From the NCBI GenBank assembly GCA_963785245.1, contig CAWAUO010000022.1, forward strand, positions 2,334-66,333: a stretch of 64,000 nucleotides of DNA, written 5' to 3'. Numbering within the stretch: the stretch's first letter is position 1; each line of letters opens with the position of its first letter. A program made the translations under genes and the position numbers. Source of the DNA: an uncultured Actinomycetota bacterium. Lineage in GTDB: Bacteria > Actinomycetota > Acidimicrobiia > Spongiisociales > UBA5794. The notes beneath the pieces are model-generated. The model saw nothing but the letters and a program-made list of their open reading frames with translations, was not told where the DNA came from and did no database searches. This document shows, piece after piece, positions 31,492 through 41,710 of the stretch.

Positions 31492-32093
31492 TGCCCGCCT
31501 CCGACGCGCGCGGTGAGTTGTTCTCCGCCTACCTCGATGGACAACTGACGCCCGAAGAACTCAAGGTCGTCAGCCAACTCCTCGACGGAGATATTGGGGC
31601 GATCCAGGAATTCCGGTCGCTGCAGCGCACCCGTGCCGCGCTCCGACTCCTCCCCGAGTTCGAGATCCCAGCGAATCTGCTGCCGGACGGCCATCTCGGA
31701 GATCGTCTCTCGGCCTATCTCGACGGGGAACTCGTCACGATGGAGCATCGTCGCGTGACACGGCATGTGGTCGACTGCTCCGACTGCCGAATCGCACTCC
31801 AGGAACTCGACCGCGCACGGATCGCCGTTCGCTCCCTGCCCGGTGTTGACACGACGATGACCGGCGAGACTCCGGCGATTGCTGCGGTTCCGCCGCGGAG
31901 CCATCGGAAGAGATTTGTTGCCGGCGGCATCGGCGCCGCGGCAGCAGCCGCGCTCCTCGTCGGTTTGGTCGTTGGGGGTGGAGACGAACCGGCGTTCTCG
32001 CTGGACGACCTCAGCACACGGCATGTCGCTCGCGCCTCCGCTGAGCCGGGCTTCGCGGTCCTCCCGGCCGGCATGGAGATTGCACTCCCGTGA
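31479..32093 (+). CDS. Anti-sigma factor (RseA/ZAS-like) with two zf-HC2-like units and a TM helix
   Basis: SAYLDGQL unit without ligands, then SAYLDGEL...HVVDCSDC; C-terminal hydrophobic helix. Confidence 0.85.
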   Translation: MARLVPASDARGELFSAYLDGQLTPEELKVVSQLLDGDIGAIQEFRSLQRTRAALRLLPEFEIPANLLPDGHLGDRLSAYLDGELVTMEHRRVTRHVVDCSDCRIALQELDRARIAVRSLPGVDTTMTGETPAIAAVPPRSHRKRFVAGGIGAAAAAALLVGLVVGGGDEPAFSLDDLSTRHVARASAEPGFAVLPAGMEIALP

Positions 32094-33025
32094 TCATCAG
32101 GCGTCTCCTTGTGGTCGGTGGGCTCGTAGCAGTGTCTGCGGTCGCGACCGTTGGCCCTGCGCTGGCTGAGGACCTGTCGGACTATCTCGACGATGCAGCC
32201 AACGCCATCTACTCGGGTCAGCGACTCATTGGAACGAAGTGGGATGGGATCGAGAGCGTCGGCATCGTCGAGATCCAGCATCACGGTGGCATGACGACGG
32301 TTGGGACGGAGTCGGGCATGGCGATGGTGGGCGACGGCCGCATGCACCTCGGGGGACCGGACGAGGCCGCGATCTCATTCGTCCTCGAGACCCGCCAGGA
32401 GTTCGGTGGTCGATACTCGGTGTCGCATGGTGAGGCCACGTACCACCTCAACCGGCCGGCCCACATCCTCGAGGTTGTCGAAGACGGGGCCGTTCGGATT
32501 CGCATGGTGATTGACAATTCCACGTCGGCACCCGTGGCGACCAAGGTCTTTGATGCAGACGGCGAACTCTTCCGCTACTCCTCGATGGTGGACTTCACCG
32601 TGGCCGTCGATCCGGCCATGGCCCAAACCGACGGCCGCGAATACCGGATGATGATGCCGCTCGGCGAAGCGAACCTCCCAGCCGTCGTCGCCGGATACCG
32701 TCTCACCGATGTCTACGCCGGCCCACAGAACGGGCAGCAGGCCTTCTACACCGATGGGTTGTTCACGTTCTCGGTCTTCACGACCCGCGGACGAGCGAAC
32801 TGGAGTGCCATCGCCGAAGGCGAGTATCCGTACACCACAGCGGGCCGCAACTACCTGCGGGTCATCACGCCGACAAGTGTGTGGGTGCTGTGGAACGCCC
32901 CGGCCACCGCGGTGGCACTGGTCGGGGATCTGCCCCCGGATCACCTCGATGAGGTGCTTGCTGAACTCCCGTTCCCCGGCACCGACAATTGGCTCAGACG
33001 GATGTGGCGGAACCTGTTCGGGTAG
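32090..33025 (+). CDS. Secreted MucB/RseB-like sigma-E regulatory protein
   Basis: Signal peptide ending GPALA, motif FYTDGLFTFSVF, LVGDLPP; coupled to anti-sigma gene. Confidence 0.65.
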   Translation: MIIRRLLVVGGLVAVSAVATVGPALAEDLSDYLDDAANAIYSGQRLIGTKWDGIESVGIVEIQHHGGMTTVGTESGMAMVGDGRMHLGGPDEAAISFVLETRQEFGGRYSVSHGEATYHLNRPAHILEVVEDGAVRIRMVIDNSTSAPVATKVFDADGELFRYSSMVDFTVAVDPAMAQTDGREYRMMMPLGEANLPAVVAGYRLTDVYAGPQNGQQAFYTDGLFTFSVFTTRGRANWSAIAEGEYPYTTAGRNYLRVITPTSVWVLWNAPATAVALVGDLPPDHLDEVLAELPFPGTDNWLRRMWRNLFG

Positions 33026-33053
33026 ACCGCCGGATCGGACGTCGTCGGCGCTC

Positions 33054-33722
33054 CTATGCCCGGTCGTCTTTCGTCTCGTCGTAGTAGTCGAGACGGTCGA
33101 CCGGCAGTACCAGGGAGGTCAAGAAGTTCATGACGTGGGCCGTGATGCGCTTCAGGAACCGGAAGTACAGCGCCCGCGCGACGGCGTCCGATGCCGCGCC
33201 GGTCGATCGGGACGCTGCCTTGACGTGTTGGTCGTACTCGTCGAGGAAACCGTCGGCCTTGGCGATCAATTCACGAGCGCGCACTTCGTCGCGCTCGCGG
33301 AATGTCTCGGCAGCATCTCCGAGCAGCGCAGACACCCGGTCGCGGTATCCCGCGAGGAGTTCATAATCCGGAGCGCCCTCGAAGTCGGCTCCGTACTTGA
33401 CGAGGTCATAGAAGTTCTTGGAGTAGTCGCCGATTCGTTCGGCATCCTTGACGGTGCTCATGTAGGCGAGCACGAGTGGGAGATCCACGGTGTCGGTGAC
33501 CGACGCGTGCAGCATCAGATCGCGCCGGACATCCTGCTGGGCACTATTGATGCCGCGATCGGTGGTCTTGAGCTCCTTCTTGGTCTCCTTCGACTTGCCG
33601 CCGCCGAAGAGTGCGTCCATGGCGGTGTCGTAGACGTCGCGCCCGTCCAGCACCATTTGTACGAGGGTCGCCTCGACGACATCGATCGTTGATTCGCCCC
33701 CCTTGAAGAACTGAAACACCAT
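33054..33722 (-). CDS. PhoU-domain protein (transporter-associated)
   Basis: DRGINSAQQDVRR, VKDAERIGDYSKN, FLKRITAH; follows Na/Pi transporter. Confidence 0.8.
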   Translation of the reverse strand: MVFQFFKGGESTIDVVEATLVQMVLDGRDVYDTAMDALFGGGKSKETKKELKTTDRGINSAQQDVRRDLMLHASVTDTVDLPLVLAYMSTVKDAERIGDYSKNFYDLVKYGADFEGAPDYELLAGYRDRVSALLGDAAETFRERDEVRARELIAKADGFLDEYDQHVKAASRSTGAASDAVARALYFRFLKRITAHVMNFLTSLVLPVDRLDYYDETKDDRA

Positions 33723-33731
33723 GTGGACCTC

Positions 33732-34892
33732 CTAGAAGACAACAATAATCAGAAGCGGCAGGGCGATGAAGATTCCAGCAACGTACGCCATCGCGACCCA
33801 TGTGCGATCGGCGGCGATTCGCGCCATCCAGCCTGCCAACTGGATGGGGATGACGCGGATTTTCGGAATTGGGTAGAGAATGAGGATCCCGAGGAGGTTG
33901 AACAACAGGTGGACGAGAGCGATCGTGAGTCCGTCCACCGTCCCGGCCGCGAACGCCGCAAGGAGCGCGGTGACGGTCGTCCCGATGTTCGCTCCGAGGG
34001 TGATCGGGTAGGCGTTCTGCACGAGTATCAGACCCGATGCAACGAGCGGGATCAGGATCGAGGTCGTGATGCTTGACGATTGCACCGCCATCGTGATGAG
34101 GACGCCAACCGACATCCCGATCAGTCCGCTCTTCGCCAGCGCCGCGTTGAGCGATCGCTCGATTCGTGCGGCAATCAGCACCTTCATGTTCTTCGTGATG
34201 TAGGTGAGGGTGAAGAAGATCATCGCGAGGCCGACGATCAGCAGGAGGAATCCGAGTACCCGGGTGTTGTCGGTGATCAGTTCGAGAAACGACTCGATGT
34301 GGGAGGCACCCCACTTGACGGCTCCCTTGATCGGGCTGTCGAATTTGCCACCGCCGACCTCACCGGCGAATGCCTCGGCCATAGCCGCAGCCGGCTTCGA
34401 CAGGATTCCGAACGCGAGTTCCAGGGGCAGGATGATCGCAACAGCCATCACATTGAAGAAGTCGTGCATGGTCGCGGCGGTGAAGGCGAGACGGAACTCT
34501 TCGGATCGCCGTGCGTGGCCGAGCGAGACGAGCGTGTTGGTGACCGTCGTGCCGATGTTTGCGCCCATGATCATGGGCACCGCGGTCTCCATCGGGAGGC
34601 TGCCGGCTGCCACGAGGGCGACGATCGTCGATGTCGTCACGGACGACGACTGAACGAGGACGGTGGCGAGGATGCCCACGGCCAGCGCGGCGATCGGGTT
34701 CGTGATGCCTTCGAACAGGCTCTCGTTGGCTCCGCCGCTGACCCCCTTGATGCCGCCTTCGAGGAGTCGGACGCCGACGAGGAAGAGATACAGGAGGCCG
34801 ATGACGAGGGCGGCGCGAGCCCAGCCCGGCATCGTCCGGCGCGAGCGTTGGGCTGGCTCGAGTGCGTCGTCGGGTTCGGTCTCAGCGGTCAC
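33732..34892 (-). CDS. Na+/phosphate symporter (NptA/SLC34 family)
   Basis: Two QSSS repeats (LVQSSSVTTS, AVQSSSITTS), IMGANIGTTVT twice. Confidence 0.92.
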   Translation of the reverse strand: MTAETEPDDALEPAQRSRRTMPGWARAALVIGLLYLFLVGVRLLEGGIKGVSGGANESLFEGITNPIAALAVGILATVLVQSSSVTTSTIVALVAAGSLPMETAVPMIMGANIGTTVTNTLVSLGHARRSEEFRLAFTAATMHDFFNVMAVAIILPLELAFGILSKPAAAMAEAFAGEVGGGKFDSPIKGAVKWGASHIESFLELITDNTRVLGFLLLIVGLAMIFFTLTYITKNMKVLIAARIERSLNAALAKSGLIGMSVGVLITMAVQSSSITTSILIPLVASGLILVQNAYPITLGANIGTTVTALLAAFAAGTVDGLTIALVHLLFNLLGILILYPIPKIRVIPIQLAGWMARIAADRTWVAMAYVAGIFIALPLLIIVVF

Positions 34893-34998
34893 GTTCGTCC
34901 GGTGTCTGAGTCGGGAGACGGCGCCGATCTGACCGCCGCCTGTTGTCAGGAATGCAGCTGCTCAGCGCTCTCCCCGGGGGAAAGGTGCGGGCGCGATG

Positions 34999-35716
34999 CT
35001 ACTCGCTCGGCGGTTCACTGTCTTCGTCGGGGAACGTTCCGGTCATTACGTACGTGACGTTCTGCGAGATATTCACACCATGGTCGGCGATCCGCTCGAG
35101 GAACCGACCGACATGGGAGAGCTCAACGGCCGAGTCCAATCCGAGTTCGGCGCTGTGGGCGTGGATCGTTCTGAAGAATCGTTCGGTGATCTCATCGACA
35201 ATATCGTCCGATGCCTCCGCATTGACGCCGATCTCGGGGTCGAGGTTGGCGATCGCGACGACGGCTGCAGTGAAGATCTTCGCCGACTCGCTCACGAGGC
35301 GCTCGAGAAGGCTCCGCATTTCCGGGCAGCTGCGGGAAGCCGTCGTGGGCCGCGACCCGGTTTGCGATGTTGACCGCAAGATCACCCGACCGCTCCATCT
35401 CGTAGAGGATGCGGGTCGCGGCGACCAGGAATCGGAGATCGGACGCGACCGGTTGCTGGAGTGCGAGGATCTCGAACGTCCGTTGCTCGAGCGTTCGGTA
35501 GAGCGCGTTGACTGGTTGATCGCCGGCGCGTACGGCTTCGACGAGATCCAGCCGGTTATCGACGGCGACCTCACCGGCGCGGCGGGTGTTCTCCACGACG
35601 AGTGAGCCCATTTGGACGAGGCCTCGACGGATCTCGTCGAGCTCATCGTCGAAGTGGTGGCGGATCTCGACCTCGCCCTCTTGCTCGTGGGCGTGTTCGG
35701 GATGAAGGGTGGTCAT
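34999..35716 (-). CDS. phoU: Phosphate signalling protein PhoU, one frameshift near 35325
   Basis: DQPVNALY, LQQPVASDLR, MERSGDLAVNIA, FLERIADHGVNI across two frames. Confidence 0.85.
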
Positions 35717-35725
35717 GGCGTTCTC

Positions 35726-36619
35726 CTAGCCGAAGCGGCCCGTGATGTAGTCCTCGGTCTCTTGCTCGCTGGGGTTGGTGAAGATGGGGTTGGTGTGATC
35801 GAACTCGACCAGACGGCCGGTGCGCTGTCCGCTCTCGCCAACCTCGATGCTGAAGAAGGCGGTGCGGTCGCTGACCCGGGCAGCCTGTTGCATGTTGTGG
35901 GTCACGATGACGATCGAGTAGTCCTTCTTGAGCTCATACATCAGTTCCTCAATGCGGAGCGTGGCGATGGGGTCGAGCGCCGATGCCGGTTCGTCCATCA
36001 GCAGGACATCGGGGCTTGTAGCGATCGCTCGTGGCGATGCAGAGGCGCTGTTGTTGGCCTCCGGAGAGGGCGTAGGCGGACTCGTTGAGCTTGTCCTTGA
36101 CCTCTTCCCACAGCGCGCGCGCGGTGCAGCGTCTCTTCGACGAGGTCGTCCATGTTGTCCTTGTATCCGGCGATCCTCGGCCCGAATGCGATGTTGTCGT
36201 AGATGGACTTCGGGAACGGATTCGGTTTCTGGAAGACCATGCCGACGTGGCGGCGAACCTCAACAGGATCGACCTTCTTCGAGTAGAGGTCGACCCCGTG
36301 ATACTCGACCGTGCCGTCGACCCGGGCGCTCTCGACCAGGTCGTTCATCCGGTTGAAACAGCGCAGCACCGTCGATCTTCCCGCACCCCGAGGGGCCGAT
36401 GAGGGCGGTGATCTCGTTCTGACGTATCGGCAGGGTCACGTCCTTCACGGCGTGGAAGTCGCCGTAGAAGACGTTGAGGTTCTCCACGTCGATAATGATC
36501 GGATGGGTGTCGTCTGCCTCGTCGCCCGTGGGAGCGATCATTGCGTCGAGATCGAGGTCCGCGGCGCCCGGCACCAGGTCGGTACTCGTTGTGACCACGT
36601 CGTCCATTCTGCTCACCAT
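35726..36619 (-). CDS. pstB: Phosphate ABC transporter ATP-binding protein, three frameshifts
   Basis: [65 protein letters not shown]. Confidence 0.88.
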
Positions 36620-37574
36620 CGCTTTTCGAATCGGTTTCGGAAGTAGATCGCCACGCCATTGAGGGCAAAGAGGATCGGCGAGGAGCACCGTGATGGCTGC
36701 CGGCGCCAGCGTCGCTGCGAACGCCGGGTCGGTCTGGCGTGACCACGAGAACACAATGACCGGCAGTGCGGTGTACGGCCCCGTGAGGTTGTCGAGGACG
36801 TCGCGTCGGACGAGGCTGAGAAGAAGCCGGTCGCTACGCCGATCGACGAGCAGTGGGGCGGTCTCGCCGAACGCTCTGGCCAGCGTGAGCACGGTGCCGG
36901 TGAGGATGCCCGGGAATGCAGAGGGGAGTACGTGGCTTCTGATGACCTCCCACTTGGTGGCGCCGACCCCGTAGCCCGCCTCGCGGATGGTGCTCGGCAC
37001 CGCCCGGATGCGCCTCGGCCGAGGTGATGATGACGATCGGGAGCACCAGGGCGGCCATCGTGATGCCCGCGGCGATGACGTTCTTCCCTCGGTGGATCCA
37101 CCCAGGCCGATACCGTTGATGAGCGCAACGAACATCGTCAGACCGAGCAGGCCGAAGACGATCGATGGCACGCCGGCGAGGTTGCGCACGGCGGTGTCGA
37201 TCCATTGGGTGAGGCGATTGTCTGGTGCGTACTCCTCGAGGTAGACGGCGGCTCCAACGCCGATCGGGAATGGCGAGGAGGATCACGAGGAATGCGATGA
37301 TGAGCGAGCCGATGATTCCGGTCCAAACGCCCGCCGTCTCGGGGTTCAGCGACAGCCCGGAGGTGATGAAGTCGAAGCCCCGGTCGCGCATGGTGGGCCA
37401 GGCGCCGATCAGGATGTCGGCGAGCAAGACCACGAGGATGAGCAGCGAAGACAGCAGCATCACGAGCAGCATGACCTTGAAGATCACGGCACCCGGTTCG
37501 GTGCGCTTGCCTTCGAGCGTGGCACGTACGGCTTCCCGCGTGGCGCGCTGGGTGGCGCTGGTCCGTTCGGCCAT
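36613..37574 (-). CDS. pstA: Phosphate ABC transporter permease PstA, about five frameshifts
   Basis: [51 protein letters not shown] across frames. Confidence 0.85.
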
Positions 37575-38512
37575 CAGTAGGTCTCCCGAAATCGGCGCAC
37601 GAGGCGGTTGCTCGCCGAGTTGAGAGCAAGCGTCATGGCGAACAACAGCAGTCCGACGAAGAACAGGCTCTGGAAGGCGAGACCTTCACCGGCGACCTGG
37701 TCGGTACCGATGGCGAGCGACGCGATCGCCGCAGTCATGGTCTGACCCGGATCGAGAGGGTTGACGGTGAACAGCGCCCCGCCGACGGCACCGGCAGCCA
37801 TGAACACAACCATCGTCTCGCCGATAGCCCTTGAGAACGCCAGGATCAAGCGAGGCCATGATGCCCGAGATCGCAGCCGGCAGCACGACGCGGATCGTGG
37901 TCGTGACTCGATTGGCGCCAAGTCCGAACGACGCTTCCCTGAGCGAACTCGGGCACGGCCCTCATGGCGTCCTCAGAGACCGAAGCGACCAGAGGGCGTG
38001 ATGAGAACGCCGACTGCCAGGCCCGCAGAGAGCATGCTGAAGGCGCCCGCCGTCGGAAAGATGCGCTGCACGACCTCGGGGCCAATGAAGGACAGTGCCC
38101 AGAAGCCGAGTACGACCGATGGGATTCCGGCGAGCATCTCAACGACCGGCTTGAGGGTCCGGCGGGCCCTGGGACTGGCGTACTCGGCGAGGTAGACGGC
38201 GGCTCCGAGGCCGAGGGGAGCGGCCACGAGGATGCCGATGACTGCAATGATGAACGTGCCGACGACGATCGTTCGAAGGTCATACAGCCCGCGTCGCGGG
38301 AACCATCCCAGCGACCAGAGCGAGCCGAGTTCACCCTCGTCGATGAGGCCTTTCACGAACGTCCAGGCCTCGCCCACCAGCGAGAGGACGATCGCGATGC
38401 TGATGATGATCGAGATGAACCCAGCTGCGAAGAACAGCGTTCGGACGGTCCGCTCTTTGGCGCGCCGGCGAGGGTCTCCGCTGAGGTCGATCTTCGGTGA
38501 TGTGGTGGTCAT
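37574..38512 (-). CDS. pstC: Phosphate ABC transporter permease PstC, about three frameshifts
   Basis: [39 protein letters not shown]. Confidence 0.87.
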
Positions 38513-38533
38513 GGGCTCCGGGGCGGGATGGTA

Positions 38534-38566
38534 GAGGGGCGGGTACGTTGCGTGTCCCCGCCCCTC
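38534..38566 (-). terminator. Stem-loop between pstS and pstC
   Basis: GAGGGGCGGG / CCCGCCCCTC 10-bp stem with additional inner pairing. Confidence 0.55.
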
Positions 38567-38598
38567 AGAGTGGCGGTGGTGCTGTTCGCGTCCGTCGA

Positions 38599-39637
38599 TC
38601 AGCCGGAGAAGGTCCGTCCGATCACCTTGTTGCTCCAGGCGTCCTGTGTCGGCCCGTAGTCCGGTGAGCGGGACGTAGCCGGCTGCGGAGACTTGCTCGA
38701 GGCCGGCGTCCGAGACGTAGTAGTCAACGAACGAGGCCAGCACGGGATTGCTCGTCACCTTCTGGGCGTTCACATAGATGTACAGCGGGCGTGACAGCGG
38801 GTACTCGCCGCTGGCGATGGTCTCGGATGTCGGAGTGACACAGCCGCTCTCGCCGTCGCTGACCTCGAGCGCCTTCACGCGGTCGGTGTTCTCGGCGAAG
38901 AACGCGTAGCCGACCCAGCCGAGCGAGTACTGGGGAGCCGGCGATGCCCTCGATGATGACATTGTCGTTCGGTGACGCAACGTAGTCCGGTCGGGATGCG
39001 GCGTCCTGGCCGCGCTCCTCGGCGAGGTCCTCGATCGCGAACTCGACAAAGGTGTCGTAGGTGCCCGACTCCTCGCCCGGGCCGGTGATGACGAGATCCT
39101 CGTCGATGTAGTTGGTTGCCGAGACACCGCCGATCTCCTGGGCGAGACCCGCGGCGGCGGACCATGTCGTGAACCCGGTCGACTCGGGACCGGTGAGAGC
39201 GTAGAGGTCGTTGAATGTGACGCAGGAGACCTTGTCGTTGTCGGGCGACGTCAAGACCGAGAGACCATCGATCGCGACGTACAGCTCGATGAAGTCGATC
39301 CCTGCCTCGGCGCATGCCTCCATCTCGGACTCCTTGATGGCCCGGGAGGCATCGGAGATGTCGGTCTCGCCCGCGCAGAACTTCTTGAATCCGTCGCCTG
39401 TGCCCGGTCCCTTCGACGGTGAGCCCTACTCCGGGGTTGGCGCCGGCGAATTCCTCCGCAACCCGTGCGGAGATCGGTTCGACCGTCGATGATCCGGAGA
39501 TCAGGATGGTGCCGCTCGAGCTATCGCCACCACCGGCTGCCGTGGTTGTGGCTCTCGTCATCGGTGCTGGACCCGCAGGCCGAGGCGACGAGGGCGAAGG
39601 CGACGATGGCTGTGGTCAGCCACAGGGTGCGCTTCAT
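38599..39637 (-). CDS. pstS: Phosphate ABC transporter substrate-binding lipoprotein PstS, about three frameshifts
   Basis: Lipobox [42 protein letters not shown]. Confidence 0.87.
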
Positions 39638-39715
39638 GGATCTGGCCCTTTCTGATCGGTTGAGGTGTCGGATCTGGGATCCAACGACCCGGAAAGGTAG
39701 GTGGCGGGGGTGACG

Positions 39716-39748
39716 GGGATTGGGACGGGACGTGAACGGAACGTGAAC
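39716..39748 (-). promoter_or_regulatory. PHO-box-like 11-nt direct repeats
   Basis: Minus strand GTTCACGTTCC GTTCACGTCCC GTCCCAATCCC between divergent pstS and sensor kinase. Confidence 0.72.
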
Positions 39749-39809
39749 TCTCCGGCGATCAGTGGTCGGAGGTCTCGGAGGGCTCCGCCGGCGTCCCTAT
39801 GATCGGGGC

Positions 39810-41009
39810 GTGTTGGTTGCCGTACTGATCCTCCTCCTCGCTATCGCCGTCGCTGGCCTGGTGGTGCTCGCCGTCAGGTATCGCCAACTCGATCGCGACG
39901 TTGACCGCATTCTCAGCCGCCTCGAGGTGGCGTCGACGTCGAAGGTCGCGTCGCGGGCGCTGTATCGGGGAGTTCGGGGACTCGAACGCCGATTGGAGGA
40001 TGCCGAGCAGGCAACGAATCGTCTTCGGGTCGCCACAGAGCGTGCCGACGTCGGTGTGGTGATCAGCGATGCAGCGGGCGAGATCGTCTACGCGAACCCG
40101 GCTGCGCAACGCGTGATCTCGGGTCAACTCGGGGACGCGGTTGCGGCCACTCGAATCACCGCCTTGCTCGAACGGGTCCAGACGAGCGAAGAAGAGGAGG
40201 ACCTCGAACTCGATCTCTACACCCCGGTTCGTAGAATCGTGCGGCTCCGCGCGGTGCCGTTCTCAGAGGGCGATCGCGTGGGTGGGGCCGTGGGCTACAT
40301 CATGGACTTGTCGAGCCTCCGCCGGGTCGAGGCCATGCGCCGCGACTTCCTGACGAACGCAGGCCACGAGATGAAGACGCCGCTCGGGGCGATGTCGGTG
40401 CTGGTGGAGACGATTGCCGACACCGATGATGCCGAAACACGCCGCAGGCTCAGCGAGCGCCTGCGCGTCGAGGCCAACCGGATGGCACGATTGGTGGACG
40501 ACATCCTGACGTTGGCCGATATCGAGTCGCTTGAGACGCCGTTCTCCATCGTTTGCATCGGTGATGTAGTTCACGACGCGGTTGCGCGGGCCGCGGTTGC
40601 TGCCGCAGATGCCGGTGTCGAGATATCGGTCATCGATATCGAAGCCGACGTGCTCGTCGATGGGAACGAAGAGCAACTCGTCTCGGCAGTCGCGAACCTC
40701 CTCGACAACGCAGTGAAGTACTCGGAGGGCGAAGGCTCGCAGGTCGAGATCCAGATGACGGCCTACGACGATCGCGTCGCGATCGCGGTTCGCGACCATG
40801 GAATCGGGATATCGGAGCCGCACCTTGGGCGCGTGTTCGAGCGTTTCTACCGTGTCGATCGTGGCCGCGATCGTGGGTCGGGCGGCACCGGGCTCGGACT
40901 CTCGATCGTGAACAACGTCGTGGGCACGCACGGTGGGTCGGTGGCCGCCGCGTCCGTGCCGGCTGAGGGGAGCGTCTTCACCATCACGCTGCCCACGAGA
41001 AAGGAGTGA
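39810..41009 (+). CDS. Phosphate sensor histidine kinase (PhoR/SenX3-like, PAS domain)
   Basis: N-terminal TM, YANPAA PAS, NAGHEMKTPL, NLLDNAVKYS, DHGIGI, FYRVDRGR, GGTGLGL; start uncertain. Confidence 0.88.
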   Translation: MLVAVLILLLAIAVAGLVVLAVRYRQLDRDVDRILSRLEVASTSKVASRALYRGVRGLERRLEDAEQATNRLRVATERADVGVVISDAAGEIVYANPAAQRVISGQLGDAVAATRITALLERVQTSEEEEDLELDLYTPVRRIVRLRAVPFSEGDRVGGAVGYIMDLSSLRRVEAMRRDFLTNAGHEMKTPLGAMSVLVETIADTDDAETRRRLSERLRVEANRMARLVDDILTLADIESLETPFSIVCIGDVVHDAVARAAVAAADAGVEISVIDIEADVLVDGNEEQLVSAVANLLDNAVKYSEGEGSQVEIQMTAYDDRVAIAVRDHGIGISEPHLGRVFERFYRVDRGRDRGSGGTGLGLSIVNNVVGTHGGSVAAASVPAEGSVFTITLPTRKE

Positions 41010-41013
41010 ACGG

Positions 41014-41694
41014 ATGCGCGTGCTGATCGTCGAGGATGAACCCGCCTATGTGGACGCGCTGACGGTCGCTCTCGAACGAGAAGGGTATGAGGTCGCCGCG
41101 GCGATGGACGGGCGCGATGCCGTTGCGTCGTTCCTGGGCGAGACTCCCGACATCGTGCTGCTCGATTTGATGCTCCCCGGCCTCTCGGGCCTCGATGTTC
41201 TGCGCAGGATTCGGACAGAGTCGAACGTGCCCGTGATCGTGCTTTCGGCGAAGGACGCAGAATCGGACATTGTGACCGCGCTCGAATTGGGTGCCGACGA
41301 CTACTTGACGAAGCCCTACTCGGTGCGGGAGTTGCTGGCGAGGCTGCGTGCCGCTCTCCGGCGGACGTCGTCCGCGGCCGACAGCGGAGGCGGAGCGGAT
41401 CGCACGGTGACGATCGGGTCGGCGGTGCTCGATCCCGACCGGTACCAACTCCGGATCGGCGAGGCCACGTTCGATCTCCCTCGCAAGGAATTCGAGGTTC
41501 TCGAGGCGTTGGTGGTCGAACGTGGGCGAATCGTTCCCCGTGACCGCCTGCTCGACGAGATATGGGGGATTACCTGGACCGACTCGAAGACGCTCGACCA
41601 ACACATCCGGCGACTGCGCCGGAAGCTCGAGCAGGTCGACGGAGCGCCGCGAATCGAGACCGTGCGGGGCGTCGGATACCGGCTCGACGAATAG
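41014..41694 (+). CDS. OmpR-family response regulator (RegX3/PhoP-like)
   Basis: RVLIVEDE, DIVLLDLMLP, GADDYLTKPYS, TLDQHIRRLRRKLE, VRGVGYR. Confidence 0.92.
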   Translation: MRVLIVEDEPAYVDALTVALEREGYEVAAAMDGRDAVASFLGETPDIVLLDLMLPGLSGLDVLRRIRTESNVPVIVLSAKDAESDIVTALELGADDYLTKPYSVRELLARLRAALRRTSSAADSGGGADRTVTIGSAVLDPDRYQLRIGEATFDLPRKEFEVLEALVVERGRIVPRDRLLDEIWGITWTDSKTLDQHIRRLRRKLEQVDGAPRIETVRGVGYRLDE

Positions 41695-41710
41695 CGGATC
41701 GGATCCGGAT

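Noticed and set aside
36340-36400. Programmed frameshifting in pstB or other pst genes
   Set aside because: Too many indels, no shared slippery heptamer, and the pattern fits sequencing error
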